Source: Micavibrio sp.
GTDB taxonomy: Bacteria > Pseudomonadota > Alphaproteobacteria > UBA2400
Length of the DNA stretch: 64,000 bases
NCBI GenBank assembly: GCA_040376705.1
Contig: JBEIQE010000005.1
Span: 64,156 to 128,155, forward strand
Reading direction: 5' to 3'
The translations under genes and the position numbers were made by a program. Numbering within the stretch: the stretch's first letter is position 1; each line of letters starts with the position of its first letter. Below are positions 20,165 to 30,953 of this stretch, piece by piece. The notes beneath the pieces are model-generated. The model saw only the letters and a program-made list of their open reading frames with translations, had not been told where the DNA came from and ran no database searches.

Positions 20165-20803
20165 CTACTTAAGGCCCGGTGGCGTTGTGGGATGCTGAGA
20201 TGGCATGGAGGGTGCAGGTAAGGCAAGCGTATTATTGCCGCTAGGGGGTGAATATGCGCTGTTTCTCAGGCGAGAGAGCAGCTGTGTGGCCTCCGTTTCC
20301 GCCATGAAATTATCCCATTCGGCCAGCGCGTTAAACGCGCCTTGCAGGGCCTGCCCCATGCGCGGGCCTTTGTATTTTATGGTGCCAGCCTCGTGCTTGG
20401 TGATGGTGCCCTTGCGCAGCAGGTCTTTTTTATCGGCCAGCGCGAACATGTTATCGACCAGTACCCGCAGGGCGATTTTTACATCGGCGCGCGAATTCAT
20501 CTCATCAAGGTGGGCCTCTACATTACCATCACGCCCAGCCTGACGGCTACTACCCTCAACTTTATCAAGCGCCTTGGCCAGCTGCATCCATGGCTCACCG
20601 CCGGTTGAATGCAAAATATCGAGCTCGGCCTTCTCATCCCTATTACCTGATTTTTTGATCTGGGGCCCGAGTTTGTAGGTTTTCTCGTGCTGGCTCTTAA
20701 GCACGTGACCAGCATGGCAGATATCCTGGAGAATCTCCCAGAACCGCACACTAACCTTGTAGCTTCGCTCAGTCCCGGTTGGCGGTGTCTCGGCCATGCC
20801 CAT
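20165..20803 (-). CDS. Hypothetical protein, 212 aa
   Basis: Fills the ispG-prfA gap on the same strand, RBS-like AGGGA, helical with Pro-rich tail. Confidence 0.7.
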   Translation of the reverse strand: MGMAETPPTGTERSYKVSVRFWEILQDICHAGHVLKSQHEKTYKLGPQIKKSGNRDEKAELDILHSTGGEPWMQLAKALDKVEGSSRQAGRDGNVEAHLDEMNSRADVKIALRVLVDNMFALADKKDLLRKGTITKHEAGTIKYKGPRMGQALQGAFNALAEWDNFMAETEATQLLSRLRNSAYSPPSGNNTLALPAPSMPSQHPTTPPGLK

Positions 20804-20879
20804 CTATCCCTGCTTATTGTTTTGTTAGGTACAGCATCGGCAAGAACGCGGATTAACGCAAGAGGTAATTGCTGAAAAA

Positions 20880-21995
20880 CTAGGCAGCTTCGGTCTTTTT
20901 TACAGTCGCCGCCCTCTCCTCGACCATTTTAACCAGATGCTCGACGATGCTTTCGTCCCTGTCCATCAGGCGGTGCGCGGTCTGCCCGCCCACGTAAACC
21001 TGATGCACGCCGTTGCCACCGCCGGTAAAGCCAATATCAGTCGAGCGTGCTTCACCCGGCCCGTTCACCACGCAGCCGATAACCGATAACGTCATCGGCA
21101 CGGTGATATGCGCCAAGCGCGCCTCCAGCTCGGCCACAGTTTTGATCACATCGAAATTCTGGCGCGCGCAGCTGGGGCAGGCAATCACGCTCACACCGCG
21201 GGTACGCAGGTACATGCTCTTGAGCATTTCAAAGCCAACAGCCACTTCCTCAACCGGGTCGGCCGAAAGCGACACACGTAGCGTATCGCCAATCCCGCTC
21301 CACAGCAGCATGCCAAGGCCGATGGATGATTTTACCGTACCGGTGCGCAAGCCCCCAGCTTCAGTAATGCCGATATGCAGCGAGTGATCGCAGGCATCTG
21401 CCAGTTGCTGATAGGCCGCAACGGCCAAGAACACATCGCTGGCTTTAACTGAAATCTTGAACTCATGGAAATCGAGATCCTGCAGAATAGCAGCTTGTGT
21501 GAGCGCGCTTTCGACCAGCGCCTCAGGGCATGGCTCGCCATACTTCTCAAGCAGGTCGCGCTCGAGTGAGCCTGCATTCACGCCAATACGCATCGAGCAA
21601 CCATGGTCCTGCGCGGCGCGCACTACTTCACGCACACGCTCGGCGCTACCGATGTTACCGGGGTTTACACGCAAACAGGCCGCACCTGCCTTGGCCGCTT
21701 CTATCGCGCGTTTATAGTGGAAATGGATATCGGCCACAATCGGCACCGGGCTGCCGGTCACAATGGCTTTAAGTGCGGCGGTTGACTCTTCATCCGGGCA
21801 GGACACCCGTACAATATCAGCCCCTGCGCGTGCTGCTGCATTCACTTGCGCCAATGTAGCCAGTGCATCCGTGGTGGGGGTATTGGTCATGGTCTGCACG
21901 CTGATGGGCGCATCGCCACCTACAAGTACAGTACCTACTTTGATCTGGCGGGATTTACGGCGCTGAATATGACGATAAGCACGCTCGGTCTGCAT
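20880..21995 (-). CDS. ispG: (E)-4-hydroxy-3-methylbut-2-enyl-diphosphate synthase
   Basis: [40 protein letters not shown]. Confidence 0.98.
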   Translation of the reverse strand: MQTERAYRHIQRRKSRQIKVGTVLVGGDAPISVQTMTNTPTTDALATLAQVNAAARAGADIVRVSCPDEESTAALKAIVTGSPVPIVADIHFHYKRAIEAAKAGAACLRVNPGNIGSAERVREVVRAAQDHGCSMRIGVNAGSLERDLLEKYGEPCPEALVESALTQAAILQDLDFHEFKISVKASDVFLAVAAYQQLADACDHSLHIGITEAGGLRTGTVKSSIGLGMLLWSGIGDTLRVSLSADPVEEVAVGFEMLKSMYLRTRGVSVIACPSCARQNFDVIKTVAELEARLAHITVPMTLSVIGCVVNGPGEARSTDIGFTGGGNGVHQVYVGGQTAHRLMDRDESIVEHLVKMVEERAATVKKTEAA

Positions 21996-22024
21996 TATGC
22001 ACCCCCTTGTTAGGTGGGCGCAGC

Positions 22025-22984
22025 CTAGTTTAAAACGGCACTGCCGTCGAGCAGGCGCGCAGGATCTAATGTCACATCATAGCGGGTGCGGCCGGTATCA
22101 TTGCGCTGCGGTACCAGACGGCCATCGACCATAATGGCGAGATCGCTCAGATTCCCGGTTGAAAGCTGCACGCGACCCCAGTTAGACGGCAGGGTATAGT
22201 TCTGCCCGGCACGCATGACAATGCTACCTACGCGCTGGCCAGCTTCGTTACGGAACTGAACCCAGGTTTCGCCATAGGCACGCAGGCTGATCACGCCAGC
22301 GCCGCGGTAGGCCTGCGGCGGTGTGGGGGCTACCGGCTGGGCTACAACCTCAGCAGAGGTTACAGCTGGCTGGGCAACCGGAGCAGCAACAGCAGCTGGT
22401 GCGGGCGCTACAAATACCGGCGCGGGCGGCACAGCCTCTTCGGCAAAGCGGGTGGGCAAGGGAGGGACTGACAGCACAGCATCGCGCCTGTCGGGCATGC
22501 TGGCCTGCCACAGGCCATAAGCCAACACCACTAGCACAAGACCAGCGATGACCACAGCCATACTGGGGATGCGGCGCTCGGCGCTGTCGGGCTCAGTGTT
22601 CAGGTTGAACTGGGCAATGGCTGGCAGCGGGGCCGGTGCGCCGGTCGCTTCTTCACGGAAGCGGCTGAGCAGCTCGGCTTTATCGAGCTCTAAAAAGTTG
22701 GCATAGGCCGAAACAAAACCTTGTGCGTAGACCAGCGGCGGCAAGTCGGCAAAACGGCCTTCTTCCAGCGCCTCGAGATGGGCGGCACGGATGTTCAGGG
22801 AATTGGCAACTTCATGCAGATCGTAGCCCAACAGGATGCGCGCGTTGCGCAAGACGGTCGCCACCGACTCAGGCGAACGGTCAGCAGCATTCCCGCGCAC
22901 ATGCGCGCTGCCTTTCCAGTTAGTTTTCAGACGTCCGATATCGCCCATGGCGAAGATATACTCTTGATTTGAGTTGATGTGCAA
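22025..22984 (-). CDS. RodZ-like HTH / TM / DUF4115 protein (start may be 22948 or later)
   Basis: LRNAR...L.I...HL.ALEEG....LP..VY..GFV..YA.FL.LD, single TM, C-terminal TWVQ domain. Confidence 0.85.
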   Translation of the reverse strand: MHINSNQEYIFAMGDIGRLKTNWKGSAHVRGNAADRSPESVATVLRNARILLGYDLHEVANSLNIRAAHLEALEEGRFADLPPLVYAQGFVSAYANFLELDKAELLSRFREEATGAPAPLPAIAQFNLNTEPDSAERRIPSMAVVIAGLVLVVLAYGLWQASMPDRRDAVLSVPPLPTRFAEEAVPPAPVFVAPAPAAVAAPVAQPAVTSAEVVAQPVAPTPPQAYRGAGVISLRAYGETWVQFRNEAGQRVGSIVMRAGQNYTLPSNWGRVQLSTGNLSDLAIMVDGRLVPQRNDTGRTRYDVTLDPARLLDGSAVLN

Positions 22985-23032
22985 ACACCTAGCAGAGCGC
23001 CTCCAGCCAGCGCAACGTGCATTTGCTCAAAA

Positions 23033-25351
23033 TTACCTGAAATGCTCGATATATACGCCGCGATCGCGCGCAAATGCCGCTAATTTCGGCCTTAATGTGC
23101 GGTCGGGGCTTTCCATAAGAGTTTCCATAAAGGCCGTTAACGGCCCCAGATGAAGAGAACGAAGCATCAACTTAACCGAGTCAAACGAGCCAGCCGAGAG
23201 CGAAAGCGCACGGTAACCGATGCCCAGCAGCGCCATGGCCTCGAGCGGCTGGCCCGCCAGCTCACCGCATAGTGTGAGCGGACGTTTAGCGATAGCGCAT
23301 TCACGCGCGATACTGCGGAGCATGGTAAGCACAGCGGGCGAGAGCGGGTCGTACCGGCTGGTGATGGCACGGTTGCCACGGTCAGCCGCCAGTACAAACT
23401 GCAAGAGATCGTTACTGCCAATCGAGAGGAAGTCGACCTCGCGTAATAGCGCCGGCAGCTGGAACAGCAAGGCGGGCACCTCAAGCATCGCGCCAACCTC
23501 AAGCTTGGTCGGCGGCTCTTCCTTGCGCTCATGGGCACGCTCACGCTCTTTCTCGAGCAGTTCTTTAGCGCGCATCAGCTCATCCACCTCGGTGATCATG
23601 GGGAACATGATTTTGAGGTTACGGCCCGCACCTGCGCGCAGCAGCGCCCGTAACTGCTGGCGCAGCATGGAAGGGCGATCAAGACCAATACGAATAGCGC
23701 GCCAGCCCAGTGCCGGGTTCTCTTCGACCGGATGAGTCATGTAAGGCAAAAACTTGTCGCCACCGATATCCAGCGTGCGGAACGTCACACTGCGTCCGCC
23801 AGACTGATCGAGCACTTTTTTATAAATCTCGGTCTGAATGGCGACATCAGGGAAGTCGCCACGCGAGAGGAACGGAATTTCAGTACGATACAAGCCAATG
23901 CCATCGGCCTTGGTCATCTCGAGCTGCGGCACATCAAGCAGCAAGCCGCAATTGAGGTTAAGCGAAACACTCACACCATCGAGCGTGACTGACGGCAGCG
24001 CACGCACCTCGGCATTTATACGTGCCTTGTTTGCACGTGCGGCCATGCTTTTTACAAAGGTGCTGCGCACTTCTTCGGCAGGGCGCACCAGTACCTGTGC
24101 ATTATCGGCATCAAGCAGCAGCTCATCGCCCGCTTCGATACGCGCGAGTGCATTGCTGCACTGGCCGAGCACGGGTATGCCCAAAGCGCGGGCCACAATC
24201 ACCACATGGCTGGTGGCTGCGCCTTCTTCCAGAATCACACCGCGCAGCTTGGCGGAAGGGATATCCAGCAGCTCGGCTGGCCCGAGGTGACGGGCCACCA
24301 GAATGGCATCATCGGGAATGGGCGCAGCTTTAAAAGCATCTGCCGGGCGCAATAAATGCTGCAACAAGCGGCGCGAGAGATCATCAAAATCAGAGAGGCG
24401 ATCACGCAAATACGGATCGGTACTGGCCGAGAGGCGCGTCTTGATCTGCTCGGCCACCTGCATAACTGCAGCCTCGGCAGTCAGGCCGGAGCGAATGGCC
24501 TCGTTAATACGGCCCACCCAACCGCGATCACTCGCGATCATGCGGTAGGCTTCAAGCACTTCGTCTTTATCGGTGTTACCGCTGGGCTGCAGCAGGCTAT
24601 CGAGCGAGGCATGCATGGCGGCCAAGGCCGCGTTCAGGCGTTTGACCTCTTGCGTGGGGTTATCGGCCAGCAGGCGCTCGATGGTAATTTCTGCACGGTG
24701 CAAAATGGCTTTGCCCACCGCCATACCGGCGTTAAACGGCATACCGGTCAGGCGCGCGGGGCCAAACGCCTCTTCGGCATTCAAGCTGGTTTCGGTATTG
24801 GCGATAAAGTCGCCACCTGACACCAGCTCGGCCAGCACCATGGCGACAGTCTGCAGTGTCTCGATTTCTTCAGCCGTATAAGCGCGTGTCTCTTTATGCT
24901 GAATGGCCAGCACACCGCGTACCTTGCCGCCGCGCACCAATGGTACACCGCAAAGCGACTGGAACGGATCCTCGCCCGTCTCGGGGCGATAGGCAAAGTT
25001 AGGGTGCTGCGGGGCATTGCTGGTGGCCAGCGGGCCAGCAGCAGCGGCAATAGAGCCGATAAGACCTTCGCCTACACGCAAACGGGTATGATGCACCGCC
25101 TTGGGGTTAAGGCCGATGGTAGCAAACAGCTCAAGCACTTCGCCCGCGCGCAGCAGATAGAGCGAGCATACCTCAGCCCCGGCAGCCGAAGCGATGAGGC
25201 GTACCACATGGTCGAGGCGCTTTTGCGAAGGCTGATCAGCTGCTAAGGCATCGCGCAGGCCCGAAAGCAGGTGACGCGTATCCATGGTGCTTTTAGAAGC
25301 ACCTTTTTGCGGGCTACTGGCAGGTGTCTGTCCAGATTGCCCGGCCATCAT
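23033..25351 (-). CDS. ptsP: PEP-protein phosphotransferase EI-Ntr with GAF domain
   Basis: N-terminal GAF, TSHV phospho-His, GLYRTE, EENPALGWRAIR, SIGSNDL. Confidence 0.97.
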   Translation of the reverse strand: MMAGQSGQTPASSPQKGASKSTMDTRHLLSGLRDALAADQPSQKRLDHVVRLIASAAGAEVCSLYLLRAGEVLELFATIGLNPKAVHHTRLRVGEGLIGSIAAAAGPLATSNAPQHPNFAYRPETGEDPFQSLCGVPLVRGGKVRGVLAIQHKETRAYTAEEIETLQTVAMVLAELVSGGDFIANTETSLNAEEAFGPARLTGMPFNAGMAVGKAILHRAEITIERLLADNPTQEVKRLNAALAAMHASLDSLLQPSGNTDKDEVLEAYRMIASDRGWVGRINEAIRSGLTAEAAVMQVAEQIKTRLSASTDPYLRDRLSDFDDLSRRLLQHLLRPADAFKAAPIPDDAILVARHLGPAELLDIPSAKLRGVILEEGAATSHVVIVARALGIPVLGQCSNALARIEAGDELLLDADNAQVLVRPAEEVRSTFVKSMAARANKARINAEVRALPSVTLDGVSVSLNLNCGLLLDVPQLEMTKADGIGLYRTEIPFLSRGDFPDVAIQTEIYKKVLDQSGGRSVTFRTLDIGGDKFLPYMTHPVEENPALGWRAIRIGLDRPSMLRQQLRALLRAGAGRNLKIMFPMITEVDELMRAKELLEKERERAHERKEEPPTKLEVGAMLEVPALLFQLPALLREVDFLSIGSNDLLQFVLAADRGNRAITSRYDPLSPAVLTMLRSIARECAIAKRPLTLCGELAGQPLEAMALLGIGYRALSLSAGSFDSVKLMLRSLHLGPLTAFMETLMESPDRTLRPKLAAFARDRGVYIEHFR

Positions 25352-26391
25352 GGAACTCCGATGCTGCGCTGGGAAATACCCCAGACGGCCTGCTGTGTAA
25401 GCTCGGCCAATATCTCGGCTGCAGGCTGAATCTTGTGCACCATGCCCACACTCTGCCCGGCCATCACCGAGCCGGTTTCAACATCACCCTCAATCACAGC
25501 GCGGCGCAGGGCACCCGCCCAGAAATGCTCGATCTCAAGCTGGGCAGCCTTCTGGTCGAGCTCGCCTTTATCAAAGCGCGCAATCACTTCGCGCTGCTTA
25601 TCGATAAACTTCTGCGTGCCCTCGTTAGCCAAGCCGCGCACCGGAATAACCGGGAAGCGCTGGTCAACCTGCGGCGAAAGTACTGCATCGCGTGCTGAAG
25701 CCTTGAGGAAGGCGTTCTTGAACTTGGGATGCGCAATCGACTCTGTCGCGCATACAAAGCGCGTACCCAGCTGTACGCCCGAAGCGCCGATATCGAGGAA
25801 GGTAACAATCGCTTCGCCACGGCCAATACCACCCGCTACAAACACCGGTACTTCACGAATGGTGGGGAGAATTTCCTGCGCGAGAATGGAGGTTGCCACC
25901 GGGCCGGTATGGCCGCCGGCTTCCATGCCTTCAATGACCAGCGCATCCGCCCCCTGCTTGACGAGGCGTTTGGCAGTAATCGCTGTAGGCGCAAAGCACA
26001 TGAGCTTGGCTCCGCCGTCCTTCACCGCCCTCATCGCATCCTGCGGCGGCAAGCCGCCAGCCAGCACGATGTGGCTTACATTCTCTTCAAGGCACACCTT
26101 GATGAGATCGAGCAGCTGCGGGTGCATGGTAATGACATTCACACCGAATGGCTTGGTTGTAAGCGCGCGCGTGGCCTTGATTTCGGCCCGCAGGATATCC
26201 GGCGGCATCGAGCCTGAGGCTAGCACACCAAAACCGCCGCCGTTAGAGATGGCAGCAACCAGGTTGCGCTCCGAGACCCAGGTCATGGCGCCGCCCATAA
26301 TGGCAAACTCGGTACCGAGGAACTCAGCGCCGCGCTTCCAGAGATTGTCGAGATAGGTACGGGACCAGGCTTCTTTTTCAGGCGACAGCAT
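25348..26391 (-). CDS. Nitronate monooxygenase / FabK-like flavin oxidoreductase
   Basis: GGAMTWVSE, EG.EAGGH.G, AGGI, GVQLGTRF, GSVMAGQSVG. Confidence 0.9.
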   Translation of the reverse strand: MLSPEKEAWSRTYLDNLWKRGAEFLGTEFAIMGGAMTWVSERNLVAAISNGGGFGVLASGSMPPDILRAEIKATRALTTKPFGVNVITMHPQLLDLIKVCLEENVSHIVLAGGLPPQDAMRAVKDGGAKLMCFAPTAITAKRLVKQGADALVIEGMEAGGHTGPVATSILAQEILPTIREVPVFVAGGIGRGEAIVTFLDIGASGVQLGTRFVCATESIAHPKFKNAFLKASARDAVLSPQVDQRFPVIPVRGLANEGTQKFIDKQREVIARFDKGELDQKAAQLEIEHFWAGALRRAVIEGDVETGSVMAGQSVGMVHKIQPAAEILAELTQQAVWGISQRSIGVP

Positions 26392-27613
26392 CGAGACCAT
26401 AAGCAGTATGAAGGGCACGGACGGCCAGCTCGGTGTAGCTGGTTTCGATCAAAACACTGATCTTGATTTCGGAGGTCGAGATCACGCGGATGTTGATCCC
26501 CTTCTCGAACAAGGTCTTGAACATCATGGCGGCAACACCGGCATGTGAGCGCATGCCGACACCGATAACGCTGATCTTGGAGACATCGGAATCGGTTTGT
26601 ACAGCGTCATAACCAAATTCTTTGCGTACGGTCTCGAGCGCTTCAACCGATTTGATCAAGTCGCTCTTGGGTACGGTGAAGGTCATGTCGGTGGTGCCAT
26701 CGGCCGAAATGTTCTGCACAATCATATCAACGTTGATATGCGCCTCGGCCAAGGGGCCGAAGATGGCAGCGGCCACACCCGGACGGTCCGGTACGTTGCG
26801 CAGGGTGATCTGGGCATCGTCGCGGCTATAGGCAATGCCGGTGACAGTCTGGCTCTCCATCACATTCTCCTCGTCTGTCATCATGGTGCCGGGCAGGCTG
26901 GAACCCACTTCTGGCGCAAAACTCGATAAAACCTGCACTGGTACACGGTGGCGCATAGCCATTTCAACCGAGCGGGTCTGCAACACCTTGGCGCCTACTG
27001 ACGCCAGCTCGAGCATTTCCTCACAGGTAATGTGCTTGAGCTTGCGCGCCTTTTCGGCAATGCGCGGGTCGGTGGTATAAACGCCGTCCACATCGGTATA
27101 GATATCACAGCGCAGGGCCTGCAAGGCAGCCGCCAAGGCAACCGCCGATGTGTCCGAGCCACCACGGCCCAGCGTGGTAATACGGCCGTCACTGGTTACA
27201 CCCTGAAAACCCGCAACCACAGGAATAGTACCACTCGCCATATCGGCGAGTAAATTCGCTGGCTCAATACGCTCGATGCGTGCCTTGCCATGGGCGTTAT
27301 TGGTTACAATCGGCACCTGCCAGCCCTGATAGGCCTTGGCCTTGAGCCCAAGGTCCTGCAGCGCAATCGCCATCAGGCCACTGGTCACCTGCTCGCCGCT
27401 GGCGACGACCTGATCGTACTCGCTCCAGGGGAAGTCAGCCTTGGCGCTACGGCAGTAGTCAACCAGAGCGTTGGTCACGCCCGCCATGGCCGAAACCACC
27501 ACGGTAATCTGATGCCCAGCCTGATGTTCACGCAGCACTTTTTGCGCAGCATTTTTAATGCGGCTGACATCGGCAACAGAGGTGCCGCCAAACTTGAGAA
27601 CCAGACGGGCCAT
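26378..27613 (-). CDS. lysC: Aspartate kinase
   Basis: MARLVLKFGGTSV, TTLGRGGSDTSA, TDVDGVYT.DP, two ACT domains; start placed at 27613. Confidence 0.97.
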   Translation of the reverse strand: MARLVLKFGGTSVADVSRIKNAAQKVLREHQAGHQITVVVSAMAGVTNALVDYCRSAKADFPWSEYDQVVASGEQVTSGLMAIALQDLGLKAKAYQGWQVPIVTNNAHGKARIERIEPANLLADMASGTIPVVAGFQGVTSDGRITTLGRGGSDTSAVALAAALQALRCDIYTDVDGVYTTDPRIAEKARKLKHITCEEMLELASVGAKVLQTRSVEMAMRHRVPVQVLSSFAPEVGSSLPGTMMTDEENVMESQTVTGIAYSRDDAQITLRNVPDRPGVAAAIFGPLAEAHINVDMIVQNISADGTTDMTFTVPKSDLIKSVEALETVRKEFGYDAVQTDSDVSKISVIGVGMRSHAGVAAMMFKTLFEKGINIRVISTSEIKISVLIETSYTELAVRALHTAYGLDAVA

Positions 27614-27688
27614 ACAGGGCTGTTTGTGCGTCTTTATGGCGTTTATGTCAATGTTGCATAAGCTATTTATGGAGTGCATATTTGCCCC

Positions 27689-28429
27689 ATGACAGCCACC
27701 CGCAATACCCTCGACCCCCATGAACAAAGCCGCTTTGGCGCATTGAGCCATGAGTGGTGGGCAGAGGATGGGGCTTTTGCTGCACTCGCTGCCTATAACC
27801 CCATTCGCCTTGCCTATATCCGCGAGGCCGTGACCAAGGGTATGGGGCGCGATGTGAGCGGTAAAACGCCGCTTAAGGGTCTGCGAATCCTCGACATTGG
27901 CTGCGGTGGCGGCATTCTGGCCGAGCCTCTGGCCCGTATGGGCGCCAAGGTAACCGGGCTTGACGCTACGGCCCCTGCTATTGCGGCGGCCAAACAGCAC
28001 GCCAAGCAGAACGGGCTGGAGATCGACTACCGCCTCTCTACCATCGAGCGCTTCAAGCCCTCGGCCAAGTTCGATGTGGTGGTAGCGTCTGAAGTTTTGG
28101 AGCACGTGGCGGATGCTGAAAGCTTTTTGCAAAATGCTGCCAGCATGCTGCGCCCGGGCGGCGTGCTGGTGATCACCACCATCAACCGCACGCTACGCTC
28201 ACTCGCTTTTGGTATTATCGCCGCCGAGCATATTCTCAAGATGGTTCCCATCGGCACGCATAGCTGGAAGAAGTTCATCAAGCCATCTGAAATCGCCGCC
28301 CTGCTCGAAGGCACCGGCGCTGAAGTACAGGATGTAATGGGCGTGATCTATAACCCCCTGACCAAGCGCATGCGCACCTCACGCAGTGATCTGGCGGTTA
28401 ACTACATGCTGTGGGCGCTTAAGGCTTAA
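27689..28429 (+). CDS. ubiG: Ubiquinone biosynthesis O-methyltransferase
   Basis: WW...G.F..L..YNP.R, LDIGCGGG, EVLEHV, TINRT, GTH.W.KFIKP.E. Confidence 0.95.
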   Translation: MTATRNTLDPHEQSRFGALSHEWWAEDGAFAALAAYNPIRLAYIREAVTKGMGRDVSGKTPLKGLRILDIGCGGGILAEPLARMGAKVTGLDATAPAIAAAKQHAKQNGLEIDYRLSTIERFKPSAKFDVVVASEVLEHVADAESFLQNAASMLRPGGVLVITTINRTLRSLAFGIIAAEHILKMVPIGTHSWKKFIKPSEIAALLEGTGAEVQDVMGVIYNPLTKRMRTSRSDLAVNYMLWALKA

Positions 28430-28959
28430 TTCGCACCCGATGGCGCTGGTTCCAGCATATCAAGGTTGAACTTGATGTTAAGGTATGCGGCGGGCTGGTT
28501 ATATGCCCGGCGCTGCGCCGTGAATGACGTGATGGTGAGCCGCACCCTGCCCGCTGCCACAGCTCCCATATCCGTACACATGCGCTTGCTGTTGGGGTCG
28601 CACTCATTAGCCTTCATAAACAGGGCATAATCGTTACATGACAAGGCATACCTGATGTTATTCGGCGCAGGCAGCTGCGTGCTGGGCTGGGCGCCGGGTG
28701 CTGCTGGCGTTGCCAGCACAACAGTAAGCGCAGCAGGCGGCATGGTAATGCTGGCCACGTTGCCGCAACTGCTGCCATCCGTTACTGCAGCGCGCCAACC
28801 GCCCACAATTGGCGTGAGTGAGAACACGCGCTTATCCGGCAATACTTGAGTATAAGACTGGCCAGCCATCAGCTCGCCGGTAAAGCTGGCCGGCTTTTGC
28901 TGAGCCCATGCAGGGCCTGCACAGAGCAGCATGACAAGAACAACGCTATGCAGCTTCAT
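28426..28959 (-). CDS. Hypothetical exported protein
   Basis: Signal peptide (AWA cleavage), four mature Cys, ATGA coupling to the desaturase. Confidence 0.7.
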   Translation of the reverse strand: MKLHSVVLVMLLCAGPAWAQQKPASFTGELMAGQSYTQVLPDKRVFSLTPIVGGWRAAVTDGSSCGNVASITMPPAALTVVLATPAAPGAQPSTQLPAPNNIRYALSCNDYALFMKANECDPNSKRMCTDMGAVAAGRVRLTITSFTAQRRAYNQPAAYLNIKFNLDMLEPAPSGAN

Positions 28960-29900
28960 GTTGTAGCTCCCGACTGGTTACGCAAACCGTTCATGATTAC
29001 CTTCACGCGCGACAGGTAAGACGGGCATAGCTTGGTCTCGCCCAGATTGTTGGTGCTAACCAAATGCCCATGCAAGCGGCGCAGGTTACAGGCTGGTACG
29101 CCGGGGAAGCGGTGATGCTCGGCATGGTAGTTAAAGTTAAACGGCCCGAATACATAGTGTTGCAAAAAGCCAGTAGGGAAGGTCATGAGCCGCTCGGGCG
29201 GGTCGGTGAGCGTTGCATGTTCAAAGCAGGCGCGCGTGGCCGAAAGACCCGCCATGATGGTAACAATGGGCAGCAACCACAGCAGCGGGTACGCCAGCAG
29301 CGATTGCGTGATGAACGTAAGCAGAGCCAGCAGTATAAACTGCACCAGCGCCACAATCGCCCATTCCTGCAGGGCTGAACTTGCGGACTCGCTGCGGGTT
29401 TTAGCGCGCACACCTACGTCCTGCCGCGCTGCAATGATGCCAGTTAAAACGCGCTTCACGCCCAAGGCAAAAGCAACGCCAGTGTAAATACCAAACAGCC
29501 ACTTGGTGAACTGAGCGGGCGAGCCATGGTGACGGGACATGTCATAAATGCTCCACTCATAATCTTCAGGCGTTTCGAAGTGCGTGTGGTGGCGGAAGTG
29601 GTTTTTACGGGTTACGCCCAGCGGCAAACCCAAAGGTGCGAGGATGAGCCAGCGCGCGATGCGATCGTTTAATGCCAGCGTATTAAACAGGTTGCGATGC
29701 GTTGCATGGTGCCCAAGTACCGAGAGGTGATATTGCGCAATCCCGATGATAACAATGGCCAGCACCCACGAAAGCGGATGGCTGGTTGCAACAACCAGTG
29801 CAGCCGCCAAAGCAATCAGCGCCCAACAGCGGGCAATGCCCTGCCATGCCCAACCATTAGTTACCTGTGTGAAGTCGGCTGCGGGCTGCTCGGTGGTCAT
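28956..29900 (-). CDS. Membrane fatty-acid desaturase family protein
   Basis: His boxes HHATH, HFRHH, HAEHH plus TM helices. Confidence 0.9.
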   Translation of the reverse strand: MTTEQPAADFTQVTNGWAWQGIARCWALIALAAALVVATSHPLSWVLAIVIIGIAQYHLSVLGHHATHRNLFNTLALNDRIARWLILAPLGLPLGVTRKNHFRHHTHFETPEDYEWSIYDMSRHHGSPAQFTKWLFGIYTGVAFALGVKRVLTGIIAARQDVGVRAKTRSESASSALQEWAIVALVQFILLALLTFITQSLLAYPLLWLLPIVTIMAGLSATRACFEHATLTDPPERLMTFPTGFLQHYVFGPFNFNYHAEHHRFPGVPACNLRRLHGHLVSTNNLGETKLCPSYLSRVKVIMNGLRNQSGATT

Positions 29901-30889
29901 GCTGATTTGCGCCGTAAAACAAAGTCGATATTACCGGGCGTGGAGATCAGCATCTGCAGCAGAACAATCGGTGCCATCGCCAGCATAAGCAGCGCATAAG
30001 CCCGACCAGCTGTGGGGTGACACTCCTGACCACGGCTGATGGCGAGGTACTTGAGCAGGCTACCCGCCCAATTCGCTACGCTAAGTGGCGAGCCTTTAAT
30101 CGATACCACCTCAAACCCGGCGGCTTCAGCATGGCGGCGCAAGGTCTCGGGCGTGTAAAGCACCAGATGGCGCGGCACATGCCACTGCGTCCAGTAACGG
30201 CCGAACAGGCGCGCATCCCAGCTATCAATATTAGGTGTCTGGCCAATCACATGACCACCCGGGGCTAGCGCAGCATGCAGCTTCTTGAGCGCATAAACCA
30301 GATCAGGAATATGCTCGATCACATGGAACAAATGGAACACACCCACCTTACGGCCAGCCAGCACGCTGGCCAGCTCATCCTCACCCGCGAGATGCGCATC
30401 AACACCCGTAGCTTTGGCCATGCTTACAGCCTGCTCCACCACATCGGTGCCCATCAGGGTCCAGCCGGTATGCAGCTCGGCCAGCTCGCGCAGCCATGTA
30501 CCGCTGCCACAACCATAATCGAGCAGCAGTTTGCTCTCAGCCGGCATGAGCTTACGGATTGCGGCTGCCTTACGTTTGGCAAAAAAGTGGCTGGCGGTGC
30601 GGATGAGCCAGCCACGCTCAGAGAACGGCTTGAAGCAGTGATATTCGCCTGAGTAAAACACGGCAATACGCGCCTGCGGCACGCGCTCCTGCATATAAAC
30701 CGTCTGGCAGCTGTCGCATTTTACATGCTGAAAGGTCATTGCGTTATAAGGCTCGGGCAGCTGACCATAACTATCGAGGTCGAGCATTTTGGGATACAGC
30801 GGGGTCGCCTTATCGCTCCCGCACAGACAGCAGCTGGTGCGCTCCATCACGGGTGCGCTCACAACATCCTCTACCTGCTGAAAAGCCAT
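29897..30889 (-). CDS. Class I SAM methyltransferase with N-terminal Zn-ribbon
   Basis: CCLCG...CDSC, LDYGCGSG, HVIEH, TPN, PRHL. Confidence 0.88.
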   Translation of the reverse strand: MAFQQVEDVVSAPVMERTSCCLCGSDKATPLYPKMLDLDSYGQLPEPYNAMTFQHVKCDSCQTVYMQERVPQARIAVFYSGEYHCFKPFSERGWLIRTASHFFAKRKAAAIRKLMPAESKLLLDYGCGSGTWLRELAELHTGWTLMGTDVVEQAVSMAKATGVDAHLAGEDELASVLAGRKVGVFHLFHVIEHIPDLVYALKKLHAALAPGGHVIGQTPNIDSWDARLFGRYWTQWHVPRHLVLYTPETLRRHAEAAGFEVVSIKGSPLSVANWAGSLLKYLAISRGQECHPTAGRAYALLMLAMAPIVLLQMLISTPGNIDFVLRRKSA

Positions 30890-30953
30890 AACAAACCCCT
30901 TTGCCTGAGGTATATCCAAAGGCCCGCAGCGCGTGAAGCTTTAAAATCAGTAA

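Noticed and set aside
26378-28132. 584-aa version of aspartate kinase
   Set aside because: The N-terminal 173 aa are antisense to ubiG; the family start MARLVLKFGG is at 27613.
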